In this document: in pieces, positions 19,958 through 29,659 of the stretch | How the letters are laid out: every line of letters begins with the position of its first letter | Numbering within the stretch: position 1 is the stretch's first letter | Origin: Gammaproteobacteria bacterium | Lineage (GTDB): Bacteria; Pseudomonadota; Gammaproteobacteria; QZLD01 | Direction: 5' to 3' | DNA: 64,000 nt | Assembly: GCA_033852155.1 (NCBI GenBank) | Contig: JAWSVA010000008.1 | Span: 1,612-65,611, forward strand | Position numbers and translations under genes: made by a program | The notes under the pieces: generated by a model | Told to the model about the DNA's origin: nothing | Database searches by the model: none | The model's input: only the letters and a program-made list of their open reading frames with translations

Positions 19958-20809
19958 TTACTTGAATAGGCGAATAATTTTCTTTAAAAAATGCATTAAC
20001 ACCGTTGTAGGTGAAAATAAAACAGCATGAATGAAAAATAATAGCCTCTTTGAACGGAAACTTTGTGGAACTAGGTTTGTAAGTCTAAGATATCCTTTAG
20101 ATTTCATCTCATTGCTAAGCCATTTCATTCTTGGTAGATTTTTCTCTAAAGTTGTATATGTGGCGGTAGCGATTAAGTCTGTGTGCTTTGAAGTCAAAGA
20201 CTCTGCATGCTTACGATAAAGGTATAAAGTCATATTAAGTCTGGCAAAACGGTGATTAATGGAAGCTCGAAGCCAGTAGTCATAGTCCTCAGATAAATAT
20301 AAATCACTTGAATAACCTCCGATCTCATGCATTACTTTGCTACGATATAAAAAACAACATCTGATACAGTTCCCAATAGCAAGGAACTCTGGGGGCATTA
20401 CCTTTTCATCGTGTATTATTTTTCCTGCATCATCAATAAAACTGTAATCACAGTATACTATATCAAATTGAGGTTTTTCGATTAGAAAACTGACCATTTT
20501 CTTAATAGCATTAGGAAGAAAAAGGTTATCGTCTGAGGTCCAAGTGAGGTAGTCTCCGCCGGCTTCAGCAAAGCCAGTATTCAGGGCTGTTGGCAGCTTA
20601 AGGTTTGTCTTATGTTTGATGGTTTTTATTCTAGAGTCTTTTTTTATGTATTCTTCAATTATTATGGCAGTGTTATCTGTTGAGCAATCATCAACGATAA
20701 TTAATTCCCAATTATGATAAGTCTGGTTAATACAGCTATTTATTGATTGCTCAATATAGTTTGAACCGTTATAAGTTGGAAGAACTATGCTTACAAGTTG
20801 AGAACTCAC
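19958..20809 (-). CDS. GT2 glycosyltransferase
   Basis: 283 aa. VSIVLPTYNGSNYIEQSINSCINQTYHNWELIIVDDCSTDNT and TSDDN. Confidence 0.8.
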   Translation of the reverse strand: MSSQLVSIVLPTYNGSNYIEQSINSCINQTYHNWELIIVDDCSTDNTAIIIEEYIKKDSRIKTIKHKTNLKLPTALNTGFAEAGGDYLTWTSDDNLFLPNAIKKMVSFLIEKPQFDIVYCDYSFIDDAGKIIHDEKVMPPEFLAIGNCIRCCFLYRSKVMHEIGGYSSDLYLSEDYDYWLRASINHRFARLNMTLYLYRKHAESLTSKHTDLIATATYTTLEKNLPRMKWLSNEMKSKGYLRLTNLVPQSFRSKRLLFFIHAVLFSPTTVLMHFLKKIIRLFK

Positions 20810-21930
20810 TTTGCCTCCCCTTTGGTTAGGATTTCAACTATTCGTTTTGAAGTCATTCCATCTCCATAAGGATTTTTAGATGTACTTCCAATAGTTGAAC
20901 CATGTAAAGGCGAAGATAGTATTTTTGAAGTCTCAGATATTATTATTTTTTGGTTTGTTCCAATTAGCTTTGCACATCCTGCTTTTATCCCCTCAGGTCT
21001 CTCGGTTGTTTCGCGCAGGATGAGAATTGGAATTTGAAAACTAGGAGCTTCTTCTTGTATTCCACCAGAGTCAGTCAAAATTAAGCAACATCTTTTCATC
21101 AAGTTAACTTGAGAAAGATAATCAAGAGGCTCAATGAGTGATACCCCTTTAATGGTTGATAAGATGTTATTGATCGTTTCTTTTACATTTGGATTTGGGT
21201 GAACAGGAAAAACAAAGTGGAAGTTGTCTTGTTCAAAGATAGCAGCTAGCTCTTTTATTGAATTGCAAATATCAACGATAGCCGCACCGTGATTTTCTCT
21301 ACGATGCGCTGTAACCATTACTAGTTTTTTATTTTGTGGTATAGAGCATAGAGGGCCTAACTCCCAATCGTAAGGGATTTTTGCCACCGTTTGAAGCGAG
21401 TCAACTACGGTATTTCCAACTACTTTAATTTTGCTTTCTGGAATACCTTCATTTAATAGGGTTTTTTTATTGAGCTCGGTTGGAGCAAAGTGATAATCTG
21501 CTAATGCATCTGCAATAATTCGATTTCCTTCTTCGGGAAATGGTTGATATTTATTGCCCGTCCTTAAGCCAGCTTCTATATGTGCAAAACGTATTTTTGA
21601 ATAATATGCAGCTAGGCTGGCAGCTAGTACGGTTGTAGTATCACCTTGAGCCAAAATCCAGTCAGGTTTAGTTTGATAAATAATTGGAGATAATCCGGCG
21701 AGAATTCGAGAAGTTAGTGAAAGTAAGTCTTGGTTAGATCTCATTGTTTCAAGGTTAAAATCAGTGCAGATATTGAATAAAGAAAATATAGGGTCAAGTA
21801 ACTCTTTGTGCTGTCCGGTTGAACAGACATAAGACTGTATAGTGTTTGGCTGCTTTTTCTGTTCAATTATTACTGGAGCCATCTTGATTGCTTCAGGACG
21901 AGTTCCGATGATATTAAGTATGTTTAACAT
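20806..21930 (-). CDS. wecB: UDP-N-acetylglucosamine 2-epimerase (non-hydrolysing)
   Basis: GTRPEAIKMAPV, HIEAGLRT and TDSGGIQEEAP. I place the start at the internal Met (MLNILNIIG) behind a GAGGA Shine-Dalgarno, not at the track start of 21960. Confidence 0.88.
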   Translation of the reverse strand: MLNILNIIGTRPEAIKMAPVIIEQKKQPNTIQSYVCSTGQHKELLDPIFSLFNICTDFNLETMRSNQDLLSLTSRILAGLSPIIYQTKPDWILAQGDTTTVLAASLAAYYSKIRFAHIEAGLRTGNKYQPFPEEGNRIIADALADYHFAPTELNKKTLLNEGIPESKIKVVGNTVVDSLQTVAKIPYDWELGPLCSIPQNKKLVMVTAHRRENHGAAIVDICNSIKELAAIFEQDNFHFVFPVHPNPNVKETINNILSTIKGVSLIEPLDYLSQVNLMKRCCLILTDSGGIQEEAPSFQIPILILRETTERPEGIKAGCAKLIGTNQKIIISETSKILSSPLHGSTIGSTSKNPYGDGMTSKRIVEILTKGEAK

Positions 21931-22104
21931 TGTATTTTCCTCAGGTGGACTTAATATCAATCAAATAATGAATGACGCTCCTGTCGTGCATATTATAGAT
22001 ATTGTTTTGAGTAATCCAATTAATTTATAATGAGCTATTGGTGCTGATTTTTTAAAAAATGAGTTTAATACGAAACCAAGCGCCCCATATTTAGTGGGAA
22101 GTTT

Positions 22105-23268
22105 TTAGAAGAATAGTTGTTTTAAACTCCATCTTAGTTGTTTTCTATGCAATTTATAATATATTTTAGCCTGCTCAATTAACGTGAGATTTTTAGAAGT
22201 TTGTTCATAAGATTGATGGGTATTTACATATACATTAGCTTCAATTTTTTGAACAATCTCTTTTGTATAGCAGGCTGCAGCTTTAGGAGATGTTTGCTGT
22301 AGATGTGATAATAATTCAGGATTGTTTTTTATATCGCTAATTGCCTGGGCTATGTCTGTTGATGAATACGGGTTACACAGGAGCGCTGATGACCTGTCAG
22401 TAAAAAAATTAGAAACTGGTTCTATTCTTGGTGCTACAATAGCACAGCCACAGGCGGCGGCCTCAATAAAGATATTTCCAAAGCCCTCTGTTAAGCTTGG
22501 TGTGCAAAAGCAGTCGCAACTCCTGTAGTATTTTACTAAATCTAATTGCTCAAGTGAGTCAAGTGCGTGGAATCTATCTTTCACACCAAGCTTGATTGCG
22601 TGCTGGATCGCAGAAGTCTTATCTCCAGCACCGATTGAAATTAGGTGGCAATCATCACTAAGATACTTAAGTGCTTGTAAATTCCGAGAAATATTCTTTT
22701 CATCTGAATATCTTCCAACGTGTAATATTATAAAAGCCTTGCTTTGCTTAAGTTCGCTGATAATGTCCGGAGGCGGATGGTTTCCGTGATTATTGAATAT
22801 TTCTTTTGGGTACCAATTTGGAACGATAGTTGTTTTTGATTTATTAATGCCTTGCTTGATTGCGGCTTCTTGAACTGCTGTCGAAGTGCATATAACTACA
22901 TCAGCAAAAGCAACACAAGGATCAATCCATTCTTCTCTAACATCATGAAGGCTAGCTATCCACTTGAGATTATTATTTTCAGAGCGGCATAGGGCGGCGA
23001 TTAGGCTTGGATATATTCCACTATAGCTTCTCAAAATATTAACGTTATTATTAGAAATCCATTTCTTGAATTTTAAAATTGAGTTCAGCTCAATAACTTC
23101 TAAGTTTGTGTAGTGCCTGCGTTGCGTATGGAATGGAGTTAATATATACCCTGGCGAGAATATGTTGTCTGGGTTGTAGTAGCTCTCAATCTTTCCTCCA
23201 TTGCCTTTTTTGTAGTACGCATCTAACGGATCTCCTGGTATTATCGCGACTTTCAACTGCAGCTCCAA
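22105..23268 (-). CDS. GT4 glycosyltransferase
   Basis: 387 aa. HVGRYSDEKNI and TEGFGNIFIEAAACGCAIVAP. Confidence 0.75.
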   Translation of the reverse strand: MELQLKVAIIPGDPLDAYYKKGNGGKIESYYNPDNIFSPGYILTPFHTQRRHYTNLEVIELNSILKFKKWISNNNVNILRSYSGIYPSLIAALCRSENNNLKWIASLHDVREEWIDPCVAFADVVICTSTAVQEAAIKQGINKSKTTIVPNWYPKEIFNNHGNHPPPDIISELKQSKAFIILHVGRYSDEKNISRNLQALKYLSDDCHLISIGAGDKTSAIQHAIKLGVKDRFHALDSLEQLDLVKYYRSCDCFCTPSLTEGFGNIFIEAAACGCAIVAPRIEPVSNFFTDRSSALLCNPYSSTDIAQAISDIKNNPELLSHLQQTSPKAAACYTKEIVQKIEANVYVNTHQSYEQTSKNLTLIEQAKIYYKLHRKQLRWSLKQLFF

Positions 23269-24476
23269 TTAGCATCAACAACAATGCTGCCTTGTCCTGG
23301 CAATAAGCTTGATGTTGTATTAGCTTCTTTGTTTTCAACGGTAATGCCAAGGGCGCATCTGTGAAATTCTAAGTTATGCCTTGGGTTTTCATGGCCGATA
23401 GCGATAGATATCCAGTAGTTTCCGGGAGTTAAGGAAGGCGGGGGGAATTTGCAGGAGATGGTTGTATTAAGCTTTATTTTATGCCAATTAGCATCCAAGT
23501 GTGTGCCATTGGTAAATATTCGGTTGCCATAATTGTCTTCTAATCCAATCATGAAATAATTAGGTAGTGGGAATGTCGGCTTTATAGTAAGAGTAATGGT
23601 TATAAGCTGTTTTGCTGAATTATTTATGATGCTGGGACTTATAGATGCTTTAGTGAGAATGGAGTTTTTTGTTACTTTGCATGAGGGTGGCTTTGTATGA
23701 TTGTCATAAAGCGCTACAATATTGTTGATTATGTCATCGCTAATAGTATAGCCATTTTTTAACAGCAATCCTCTTGTGCAAAGAGCCTTGATTGCAGCCA
23801 TATTATGACTAACAAAAATTAGAGTCCTTCCTTCCTGTGAAACCTCATCCATTTTACCCAGGCACTTTTTTTGAAACTCGGCATCACCAACGGCAAGCAC
23901 TTCATCAATTATTAGAATCTCAGGCTCTAAGTGTGCTGCTACAGCAAAGGCAAGCCTTACGTACATGCCAGAGCTATAACGTTTTACTGGGGTGTCGAGA
24001 AACTTTTCTATACCGCTGAAATCTACTATTTCATCGAACTTCATCTTGATTTCTTTTTTGGTCATGCCAAGGATGGCACCGTTTAGGAATATGTTTTCTC
24101 TTCCCGTTAGCTCTGGGTGGAAGCCGGTCCCCACTTCTAAAAGGCTGGCGACTCTGCCTTTTATTCCTATTTTGCCTGTTGTTGGTTCGGTTATGCGGCT
24201 GAGGATTTTAAGTAGTGTAGATTTGCCTGCACCATTACGACCAATTATGCCAACTTTGTCTCCTTGTTTTATCTCGAAGTTGATGTCTTTGAGCGCCCAG
24301 AATTCTTCAAGCTCGGTTGTTTCGTTATCTGCGGAAAATGGGTGGAGGATTTTATTACGTATGCTGTGGGCAGCACTAGAAAGGCTCTCACTAAATGTTG
24401 AGTAGCTTGCCTGTTTCTCATGGCCAATTATATATTTTTTGGAGATGTTCTCGGCTCTAATTACTACATCTGACAT
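23253..24476 (-). CDS. wzt: Polysaccharide/O-antigen ABC exporter ATP-binding protein with C-terminal extension
   Basis: 407 aa. Walker A GRNGAGKST, signature YSSGM, Walker B ILIIDE, plus a ~160 aa non-ABC C-terminal domain. Encoded next to an ABC-2 permease. Confidence 0.85.
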   Translation of the reverse strand: MSDVVIRAENISKKYIIGHEKQASYSTFSESLSSAAHSIRNKILHPFSADNETTELEEFWALKDINFEIKQGDKVGIIGRNGAGKSTLLKILSRITEPTTGKIGIKGRVASLLEVGTGFHPELTGRENIFLNGAILGMTKKEIKMKFDEIVDFSGIEKFLDTPVKRYSSGMYVRLAFAVAAHLEPEILIIDEVLAVGDAEFQKKCLGKMDEVSQEGRTLIFVSHNMAAIKALCTRGLLLKNGYTISDDIINNIVALYDNHTKPPSCKVTKNSILTKASISPSIINNSAKQLITITLTIKPTFPLPNYFMIGLEDNYGNRIFTNGTHLDANWHKIKLNTTISCKFPPPSLTPGNYWISIAIGHENPRHNLEFHRCALGITVENKEANTTSSLLPGQGSIVVDANWSCS

Positions 24477-24546
24477 CGGTGAGCGCTTTCCTTTAGCTAT
24501 CTATTCTATAGAAGGTTTTGGTGTTATTCGTTGAATGCAAAACCAG

Positions 24547-25407
24547 CTATATTATATCAGCAAATTTTCTTTCTGTGTTGCTGAAGAAGAGATATCCGCT
24601 AATTAGTAGAAAAATGGTGAAAGCTATAGATATTATAAAACCTGGCCAATAGAAGTTGGCTGCTTTGCCAATAATACACCAGCGGAAGCCGTCAATTACA
24701 CCCACCATGGGGTTTAGTGAGTATATGATTCGCCATTTGTTGGTTATAACTTCTGAACTAAAGCCAACGGGTGAGACATAAAGGCCAAATTGGATGATAA
24801 AGGGCACTATATAACGTATATCGCGATATTTAACATTTAATGCAGACATCCATAACGTAAGCGCTATTGTGAAGGCTATCGCAAGCAGTAGAAATAACGG
24901 AAGAAATACTATGTTTGTGCTTGGTGCAAACTGGTAATAGATCATTAATATCAATAAAATTACGAATGATATGCCTAAATCTACAAGGTTGACGAAAAGC
25001 GTGCTTATGGGGATTATGATTCTTGGAAAATAGACCTTGGATATCATGCTTGAATTTGCAACGAGTGCGTTACTACCATCGCCAAAGCTGCTGGAGAAAA
25101 AATACCAGGGGAGCATTGCTGAAAAGACCATGATTGCATATGGTGCATCACCTTGTGATGGTAAGCCTGCTACCTTACCAAATATGATGGTAAAAACTAT
25201 CATGGTGAGTAGAGGCCTTAAAAAAGCCCAAAGAGCCCCGATTATGGTCTGCTTATAGCGTACTTTGAAATCACGCCAGGCCAGGAAAAAGAAAAGATCC
25301 CTGTATTGCCAAAGTTCTTTTAATGATTTATCAAGGCGTTTGCCTGGCTGAATCGTTATATCGAATTCACTGAAACAGGCATTGGATTGTTCTGTTATTT
25401 TTTTCAT
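24547..25407 (-). CDS. wzm: Polysaccharide ABC exporter permease (ABC-2 type)
   Basis: 286 aa and six predicted TM segments. DLFFFLAWRDFKVRYKQTIIGALWAFLRPL is typical of Wzm/KpsM/TagG. Confidence 0.85.
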   Translation of the reverse strand: MKKITEQSNACFSEFDITIQPGKRLDKSLKELWQYRDLFFFLAWRDFKVRYKQTIIGALWAFLRPLLTMIVFTIIFGKVAGLPSQGDAPYAIMVFSAMLPWYFFSSSFGDGSNALVANSSMISKVYFPRIIIPISTLFVNLVDLGISFVILLILMIYYQFAPSTNIVFLPLFLLLAIAFTIALTLWMSALNVKYRDIRYIVPFIIQFGLYVSPVGFSSEVITNKWRIIYSLNPMVGVIDGFRWCIIGKAANFYWPGFIISIAFTIFLLISGYLFFSNTERKFADII

Positions 25408-25487
25408 ATTTCCTTGTTCTACTTAGGTGAAATGGCTAGAAATATTAACTTAAACGTTGTTTGTATTTTATGCCGTTAATTCCTAAG

Positions 25488-26450
25488 TTAATTCTGATTA
25501 TCTAAAAACCATCGATAGGTTGAGGTTAACCCGTCTTTTAACGAAATTGAATGTTTCCACCCTAATGAATTAAGCTTTTTAATATTCATCAGCTTACGTG
25601 GGGCGCCATCAGGTCTGCTTGAATCGAATTCAATTTTCCCTACAAATCCAACTGCTTTGGCAATGGTTTTGGCTAATTCTTGAATAGTGCAGTCAATCCC
25701 GGTTCCAATATTTATGTGGCTTGCCATTGATTTTGTATTGGCTTCATATACAACTTTATCTAATTCCATGACATAAACAGACGCAGCTGCCATATCATCA
25801 ACATACAAAAACTCACGCATCGGCTTGCCGCTACCCCATACTATGACTTCTTTATCATTATTTAATTTTGCTTCATGAAAACGTCGTAATAATGCTGGGA
25901 TAACATGACTGTTTTCTGGGTGAAAATTGTCATTTGGACCATATAGATTTGTTGGCATAACGCTACGGTAATCTCGTCCATATTGACGATTGTAACTTTC
26001 GCAAAGCTTGATACCAGCTATTTTAGCAATCGCGTATGGTTCATTTGTTTCTTCTAGCGTTCCTGTCAACAATGCCGATTCTGACATTGGCTGCTCTGCC
26101 AACTTAGGATAAATGCATGATGACCCCAAAAAGAGCAGCTGCTGAACATTAGCCAAATGCGCACTATGAATTACATTACATTCAATCATTAAATTTTGAT
26201 AGATAAAGTCGGCGGGGTAGGCGTTGTTTGCAGCAATTCCTCCTACTTTTGCCGCAGCTAAATAAACTTGATCTATTTTATAGTGTTGGAAAAAATCAAG
26301 TACAGCTTGCTGGTTGGTTAGGTCTAATTCTTCACGGCTACGCAAAACTAACTCAATATCACTATGTGTTTTTAACTTGCGGACAATTGCTGATCCAACC
26401 ATTCCATTATGACCCGCTACAAAGACTCGTTTTTGTTTGTTTGAAATCAT
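25488..26450 (-). CDS. fcl: GDP-L-fucose synthase (GDP-4-keto-6-deoxymannose 3,5-epimerase/4-reductase)
   Basis: 320 aa. [23 protein letters not shown] and YAIAKIAG. Adjacent to gmd. Confidence 0.88.
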   Translation of the reverse strand: MISNKQKRVFVAGHNGMVGSAIVRKLKTHSDIELVLRSREELDLTNQQAVLDFFQHYKIDQVYLAAAKVGGIAANNAYPADFIYQNLMIECNVIHSAHLANVQQLLFLGSSCIYPKLAEQPMSESALLTGTLEETNEPYAIAKIAGIKLCESYNRQYGRDYRSVMPTNLYGPNDNFHPENSHVIPALLRRFHEAKLNNDKEVIVWGSGKPMREFLYVDDMAAASVYVMELDKVVYEANTKSMASHINIGTGIDCTIQELAKTIAKAVGFVGKIEFDSSRPDGAPRKLMNIKKLNSLGWKHSISLKDGLTSTYRWFLDNQN

Positions 26451-26458
26451 TTTATTGA

Positions 26459-27577
26459 TTAACTCTCATGGGGGATTGTTGGGTTGAAGCCGTGTTTTTT
26501 TAGGATTGCATGCTGCTTCGCTGTATTAAGGTCATTTTCTACCATCTCTGAACACATCTCTTCAACTGTGATCTCTGGCGTCCACCCCAGTTGTTCTTTT
26601 GCCTTGGTTGGATCTCCAAGTAGGGTCTCAACTTCTGCTGGACGGAAATAACACGGATCAACTCTTACGATCACATCTCCAACTTTAAGCGCAGGTGCAT
26701 TATTGCCTGATATGGCACTTACGGTTGCAATTTCATCAATACCTTTGCCTGTATATTCAAGTTCAATACCAGCATGCCGAGCCGATAGCGTGACAAATTC
26801 GCGTACGCTAATTTGTTTGCCTGTTGCGATAACGAAATCATCGGGTTTTTCTTGCTGTAACATCATCCACTGCATGCGCACGTAATCTTTTGCATGTCCC
26901 CAGTCGCGCAATGAGTTCATATTACCTAGATACAGACATTTTTCTAAGCCTTGTGAGATATTTGCAATCGCTCGTGTAATTTTGCGCGTTACAAAGGTTT
27001 CACCTCGGCGTGGTGATTCGTGATTGAATAAGATGCCGTTGCAGGCGTATATGCCATAGGCTTCACGGTAGTTGATCGTAATCCAATAGGCATACATTTT
27101 TGCGACTGCATACGGTGAACGAGGGTGGAATGGGGTGGTTTCTTTTTGCGGAGTCTCTTGTACTAAACCAAAAAGTTCGGAGGTTGAAGCTTGATAAAAA
27201 CGGGTTTTCTTTTCTAAACCTAAAAAACGAATGGCCTCTAATAGGCGTAGTGTGCCAGTGGCATCTACATCCGCTGTGTATTCCGGTGACTCAAAAGAAA
27301 CGGCAACATGAGATTGCGCGCCTAGGTTATATACCTCGTCTGGCTGAACTTCTTTTAAGATGCGAGTTAAATTGGATGAGTCAGTTAAATCACCATAGTG
27401 AAGAAAGAATCTTTGATTTTCTTCGTGGCTATCCTGATAAATATGATCAATTCGTTCGGTATTTAATGATGAAGCGCGGCGCTTTATGCCATGCACTTCA
27501 TATCCTTTTTCCAATAAAAGCTCTGCTAGATAGGAGCCGTCTTGCCCCGTTATGCCAGTAATTAAAGCCTTTTTCAT
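26459..27577 (-). CDS. gmd: GDP-mannose 4,6-dehydratase
   Basis: 372 aa. [40 protein letters not shown] and FNHESPRRG. Confidence 0.92.
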   Translation of the reverse strand: MKKALITGITGQDGSYLAELLLEKGYEVHGIKRRASSLNTERIDHIYQDSHEENQRFFLHYGDLTDSSNLTRILKEVQPDEVYNLGAQSHVAVSFESPEYTADVDATGTLRLLEAIRFLGLEKKTRFYQASTSELFGLVQETPQKETTPFHPRSPYAVAKMYAYWITINYREAYGIYACNGILFNHESPRRGETFVTRKITRAIANISQGLEKCLYLGNMNSLRDWGHAKDYVRMQWMMLQQEKPDDFVIATGKQISVREFVTLSARHAGIELEYTGKGIDEIATVSAISGNNAPALKVGDVIVRVDPCYFRPAEVETLLGDPTKAKEQLGWTPEITVEEMCSEMVENDLNTAKQHAILKKHGFNPTIPHES

Positions 27578-27890
27578 TGAAATATCCTTGTCAGAGTATC
27601 TGTAATCATAAACATGGGGTTAATCTTAGTAGTATAAATGACCTCAGTAATATCACGTATTTCTCAATGTAGAAATGGATTTGAAATAGTAGGTATATAA
27701 TAGGTTTATACTATCGCATTCAAAATGATGGTCAATCATATTTGATTTAGCATGATTTTGCTTGATTTGTTGGGGTGGAGGCTGTAAAAAGCCTTTGTTT
27801 TGCATATTTTTTTAAATTGTTTGTCGGAAGTTGCCAATATTTGCTATATTTTAAATAGCAGTCGTAAAAGAATGTAATGGAATAATAAAT

Positions 27891-29603
27891 ATGATGCCAG
27901 CAGGTATAAAATTAGGTGGTTTGGCAGGAAAGCTGGTTAACGATGGTCTTCTTGCTGAAGATATTGCAATAAAATGCTCTGAAGAAGCCAGAAAAAAACA
28001 GATCTCTTTTGTTAAATACATTGTTGACAAGAAATACATTGATAGTGCGGTTATAGCTCAGGCGGCTTCTTTCGAATTTGGAGTGCCTCTTTTTGATCTT
28101 TCTGTAATGGATATAGAGCAGTGCCCTATATCCTTGGTGAAGGAAAAACTTGTTCGCCAGCATCATGCTTTGCCTCTATTTAAGCGCGGTAAGCGTCTTT
28201 TTGTCGCAATATCTGACCCAACTAATGTTCAGGCTCTGGATGAAATAAAGTTTCATACAGGTATAACAACAGATCCTGTTTTAGTTGAAGAGGATAAGCT
28301 TACTCAGGCTATTGAAGATTCATTAAATGCCCAGGATTCTGCAGATATTGGCGGGCTTCTTGACGATGATTACGATAATATTGATATTTCAATGGGAGAA
28401 GAAGAGGTCAGTGAACCTGATTCTGATATTGAGATTGATGATACCCCGGTTGTAAGATTTGTTAATAAGGTTCTTCTCGATGCCATCAATAAAGGTGCTT
28501 CTGATATACATTTTGAGCCTTATGAGAAAAAATTCAGGGTAAGATTTCGCCAGGATGGTGTTTTGCATGAGGTAGCTGCCCCCCCCGTTACATTAGCAAG
28601 TAGAATAACTGCGCGTATAAAGGTTATGTCCCGTCTTGATATTGCAGAGCGTCGTGTGCCCCAAGATGGACGCATTAAAATGAATATTACCAAGAAACGC
28701 TCTATCGATTTTCGTGTTAACAGCTGCCCAACACTTTGGGGGGAGAAGGTTGTTTTACGTATCCTTGACTCCAGTAGTGCAATGATGGGCATTGAGAAAC
28801 TGGGTTATGATAAAGTGCAAAGAGAACGCTATGAAGAGGCTTTAGCTAGTCCTTATGGAATGATTCTTGTTACCGGTCCGACTGGAAGCGGTAAAACGGT
28901 ATCTCTTTATACAGGTTTGAATATCCTAAATACTGAAGATAGGAATATATCCACGGTAGAAGATCCTGTAGAGATAAATCTTCCCGGTATCAATCAGGTA
29001 AATACCAACCCAAGAGCGGGTTTAGATTTCGCTTCTGCTTTGCGAGCTTTTTTACGTCAGGATCCTGATGTGGTGATGGTTGGAGAGGTGCGTGATCTGG
29101 AAACTGCAGAGATAGCGATTAAAGCTGCGCTTACAGGTCATTTGGTATTATCAACTCTGCATACTAATGATGCTCCACAGACATTGACTCGTCTTGCAAA
29201 CATGGGTGTTCCTGCATTTAATATTGCGTCAGCTGTTAGTTTGATTATTGCTCAACGTCTTGCTCGCCTATTGTGTCCATATTGTAAAACCCCTGTTGAT
29301 ATTCCCAAAGAGGCTTTGTTGGAAGAGGGTTTTAAAGAATCTGATTTAAATGGTCTTCAACTTTATGGAGCGGTTGGTTGTGATCAATGTGTTGAGGGTT
29401 ATAAAGGCCGTGTGGGTATCTATCAAGTTATGCCAGTTAGTGAAGCAATTGGCCGTATTATCATGGAAGGTGGGAATGCATTGGAAATTGCTGATCAAGC
29501 TAAAAAAGAGGGGATTGCTGATCTACGTGAATCTGGTCTTGCAAAGGTTAAGGCTGGAGTGACCAGCTTGGAAGAGATAAACCGAGTTACGACCAAAGAG
29601 TAA
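27891..29603 (+). CDS. pilB: Type IV pilus assembly ATPase PilB
   Basis: 570 aa. Walker A GPTGSGKT, Asp/His boxes, and tetracysteine CPYC...CDQC. Confidence 0.92.
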   Translation: MMPAGIKLGGLAGKLVNDGLLAEDIAIKCSEEARKKQISFVKYIVDKKYIDSAVIAQAASFEFGVPLFDLSVMDIEQCPISLVKEKLVRQHHALPLFKRGKRLFVAISDPTNVQALDEIKFHTGITTDPVLVEEDKLTQAIEDSLNAQDSADIGGLLDDDYDNIDISMGEEEVSEPDSDIEIDDTPVVRFVNKVLLDAINKGASDIHFEPYEKKFRVRFRQDGVLHEVAAPPVTLASRITARIKVMSRLDIAERRVPQDGRIKMNITKKRSIDFRVNSCPTLWGEKVVLRILDSSSAMMGIEKLGYDKVQRERYEEALASPYGMILVTGPTGSGKTVSLYTGLNILNTEDRNISTVEDPVEINLPGINQVNTNPRAGLDFASALRAFLRQDPDVVMVGEVRDLETAEIAIKAALTGHLVLSTLHTNDAPQTLTRLANMGVPAFNIASAVSLIIAQRLARLLCPYCKTPVDIPKEALLEEGFKESDLNGLQLYGAVGCDQCVEGYKGRVGIYQVMPVSEAIGRIIMEGGNALEIADQAKKEGIADLRESGLAKVKAGVTSLEEINRVTTKE

Positions 29604-29608
29604 TCTTT

Positions 29609-29656
29609 AATTAAAGAATTAAAGAATTAAAGAATTAAAGAATTAAAGAATTAAAG
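29609..29656. repeat. Perfect octanucleotide microsatellite (AATTAAAG)x6 in the pilB-pilC spacer
   Basis: Six uninterrupted 8-bp units counted from 29609 to 29656. They end in the AAGGGA Shine-Dalgarno of pilC. Confidence 0.95.
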
Positions 29657-29659
29657 GGA

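Noticed and set aside
23992-24405. 137-aa plus-strand ORF inside wzt
   Set aside because: It is antisense to the ABC ATPase, which carries Walker A/B and signature motifs. It is a typical long shadow ORF.
27100-27561. 153-aa plus-strand ORF inside gmd
   Set aside because: It is antisense to a near-textbook GDP-mannose 4,6-dehydratase and has no motifs of its own.
27578-27890. JUMPStart/ops (GGCGGTAG) element or sigma-54 promoter in the gmd-pilB divergent region
   Set aside because: I scanned both orientations by eye. Neither GGCGGTAG/CTACCGCC nor a TGGCA-N6-TTGC element is present.
4212-27890. Calling the low-GC glycan block a mobile genomic island
   Set aside because: No integrase, transposase, tRNA attachment site or flanking direct repeats were found. 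The low GC is typical of polysaccharide loci, so it is reported only as a compositionally distinct cassette.
29609-29656. Possibility that the AATTAAAG array is a CRISPR or other spacer-containing array
   Set aside because: The units are only 8 bp and directly abutting with no spacers, so it is a microsatellite and not a CRISPR array.
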